Positions 62,279 to 64,000 of a DNA stretch of 64,000 bases are shown one piece after another. Position 1 is the stretch's first letter. The number at the start of each line of letters is the position of its first letter. The notes under the pieces were generated by a model, which ran no database searches, had not been told where the DNA came from, and saw only the letters and a program-made list of their open reading frames with translations. The translations under genes were made by a program, and so were the position numbers. The DNA comes from Auanema rhodensis (lineage: Eukaryota; Animalia; Nematoda). The stretch covers positions 62,001 through 126,000 of the forward strand of contig CAXKVF010000003.1 of NCBI GenBank assembly GCA_964057225.1, in the 5' to 3' direction.

Positions 62279-62566
62279 ATGATCTTTTCTTCGAAAATTC
62301 AAAATGAAATTCTCAACAGAATTGAATATTTTGAAGTAATCAAAAAACCCTTCCAAGTTACAAAAAAAACTAAGATCAGACGTGATCTATATTTGAAAGA
62401 AGTAACGTTTTATGGTTAAAATTATATTTATTTTGGATTTCAGACCAGTGTAGAAAAGTTTGATGTGTCCAATTTTCATAATTATCCCTATCCTTCACCA
62501 TTGAGAAAATTGGACAGTTTTATGAATGAACTTGAGAGTTTTATGCCAAAATCATTTTCTGATTGA
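62279..62566 (+). CDS. Candidate two-exon gene (62279-62401, 62444-62566), 81-aa hypothetical protein
   Basis: ATG directly after TTCTAG. A 42-nt GTAAC..TTTCAG phase-0 intron gives MIFSSKIQNEILNRIEYFEVIKKPFQVTKKTKIRRDLYLKETSVEKFDVSNFHNYPYPSPLRKLDSFMNELESFMPKSFSD*. Confidence 0.45.
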
Positions 62567-62654
62567 CAAAACTTAAGAGCAATGGCAAAGCTTCTGGACA
62601 ATTGTTACTTTTTTTTTGTGTATATATCTGCCTTTTTTTTAAATTACCTCAAAA

Positions 62655-63380
62655 CTGTAAAAATATGTGAAAAACTGAATAAAATTAGGAATTTACTACA
62701 AATTGATTAAAACATGTGGAAAACTGAATAAAATTAAAAACTTTCTATGAATCGCCAAAAATATGTGGAAAACTGAATAAAATTAAAAATTACTAAAAAA
62801 TTGTGAAAAATTGTGAAAAAAGTGGAAAACAGAATAAAACTAAACAATTACGTCAAAACCGTGAAAATATGTGGGAAACTCAAGAAAAATGAAAAATTAC
62901 TAGAAAATCGTGAAAATATTAGGAAAAATAAACAAAATTGAGAATATGTGAGATTATATGGAAAACTGAATAAAATTAAAAACTTACGATAATATCGTAA
63001 AAATATTTGGAAAACTGAACAAAATTAAAAACTTCCTACAAAATTATGAAAACATGTGGAAAACTGAATAAAATCAAAAACTTTTTACGAATTGGTGAAA
63101 ATATGTCAAAAACTTGAGAAAAAATAAAAAAAAATAGAAAATCGTAAAAAAAGGGGAAAACTGAATAAAATTAAAAACTTCCCACAAAATCGTTAGAATA
63201 TGTGAAAAACTTAAGAAAAATGAAAAATTACCAGAAAATGGTAAAAATATGTGGAAAACTTAATAAAACTAAACAATGACCTCTAAACCATGAAAATATT
63301 TGGAAAATTGAACAAAATGAAAAACTTACTAGAAAATCGTAAAAATATGTGGTGAACTGAAAAAAATTAAAAACTTGAAA
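62655..63380. repeat. Degenerate ~49-bp A-rich minisatellite (AAAATATGTGGAAAACTGAATAAAATTAAAAACTT...), about 14 copies
   Basis: AAAACTGAAT recurs at 62671, 62720 and 62769, and variants continue to ~63380. Confidence 0.85.
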
Positions 63381-64000
63381 CTGAATAATACTTAACATGA
63401 TTAGTAACTAATTGATAACGTCACGGTAACTAATTAGTAACATATTTGCCAATTCACGTTAAAGTGGAAAAATTGTAAATTCTGTTACTAATGAGTGACA
63501 AATACGTTACTAGTTAGTATTAACCTATAAAAAAAACTGTGAAACTCATGTGAAAATTACATTTTGTAACAAATTTATGAAATTTACATAAAAATTGAAA
63601 ACATGCAAAAATCTAATAACTATATATAATATTATAAAGAAAACAAAGAAAAAATCGAAAAACACTCAATGTTCACAATAGGAAAAATACCGTAAACATG
63701 TTTACAAGTGAATTAATTTAAAAACATGTTTACAGAAAAAAAGGAAAAGATCCGAATTTGGCGGGAAAAGTTAACGAAGAATGAAAATAACAGTGATATT
63801 CATTCTTGCTTTTAATCTCTGTTTTATTAATCAACTTCTTATTAATTATTCTATTTGCTCTTCCAGTTCTCCAACTGATAATGCAAAATTTTGATTCTGA
63901 ACGTCTCGAGCGTTTTCGTAAGCAGCATATTTTGAAAGAAAGGATCAAAAACGAAATAAACAAAACATCTTGTGGGTTTGCAAAATTTCACCAAAAAAAC

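Noticed and set aside
63730-63963. 77-aa minus-strand ORF
   Set aside because: Non-ATG start, no recognisable domain or clear splice structure, and at the window edge. It could include a terminal exon, but this is unsupported.

Overview
Positions 1-60266 are the edge of a nematode 45S rDNA tandem array (Rhabditidae, Caenorhabditis-like signatures). The units are about 8,055 bp, nearly identical and transcribed on the minus strand. The window holds 7 complete 18S-ITS1-5.8S-ITS2-28S cistrons, a window-truncated 18S at the left edge, and a ~430-bp 28S 3' stump at the array boundary. No 5S, SL1 or R-element insertion was seen. The standout feature is the intergenic spacer: each one contains six copies of the extreme 5' end of the 18S rRNA (five in the boundary unit). 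Five point opposite to the rRNA gene, one is co-oriented, and they fall into two sequence types. The array breaks off inside 28S at the I-CreI-homologous GTCGTGAG|ACAGGTTAG site. The 3.7-kb AT-rich flank holds a spliced 3-exon gene for a 141-aa Lys/Arg-rich protein (missed by the ORF track), a decayed tandem duplicate of it, a second candidate 2-exon gene, two minisatellites and a recurring GTWAC-N6-GTAAC motif. All ORFs inside the array are judged spurious.
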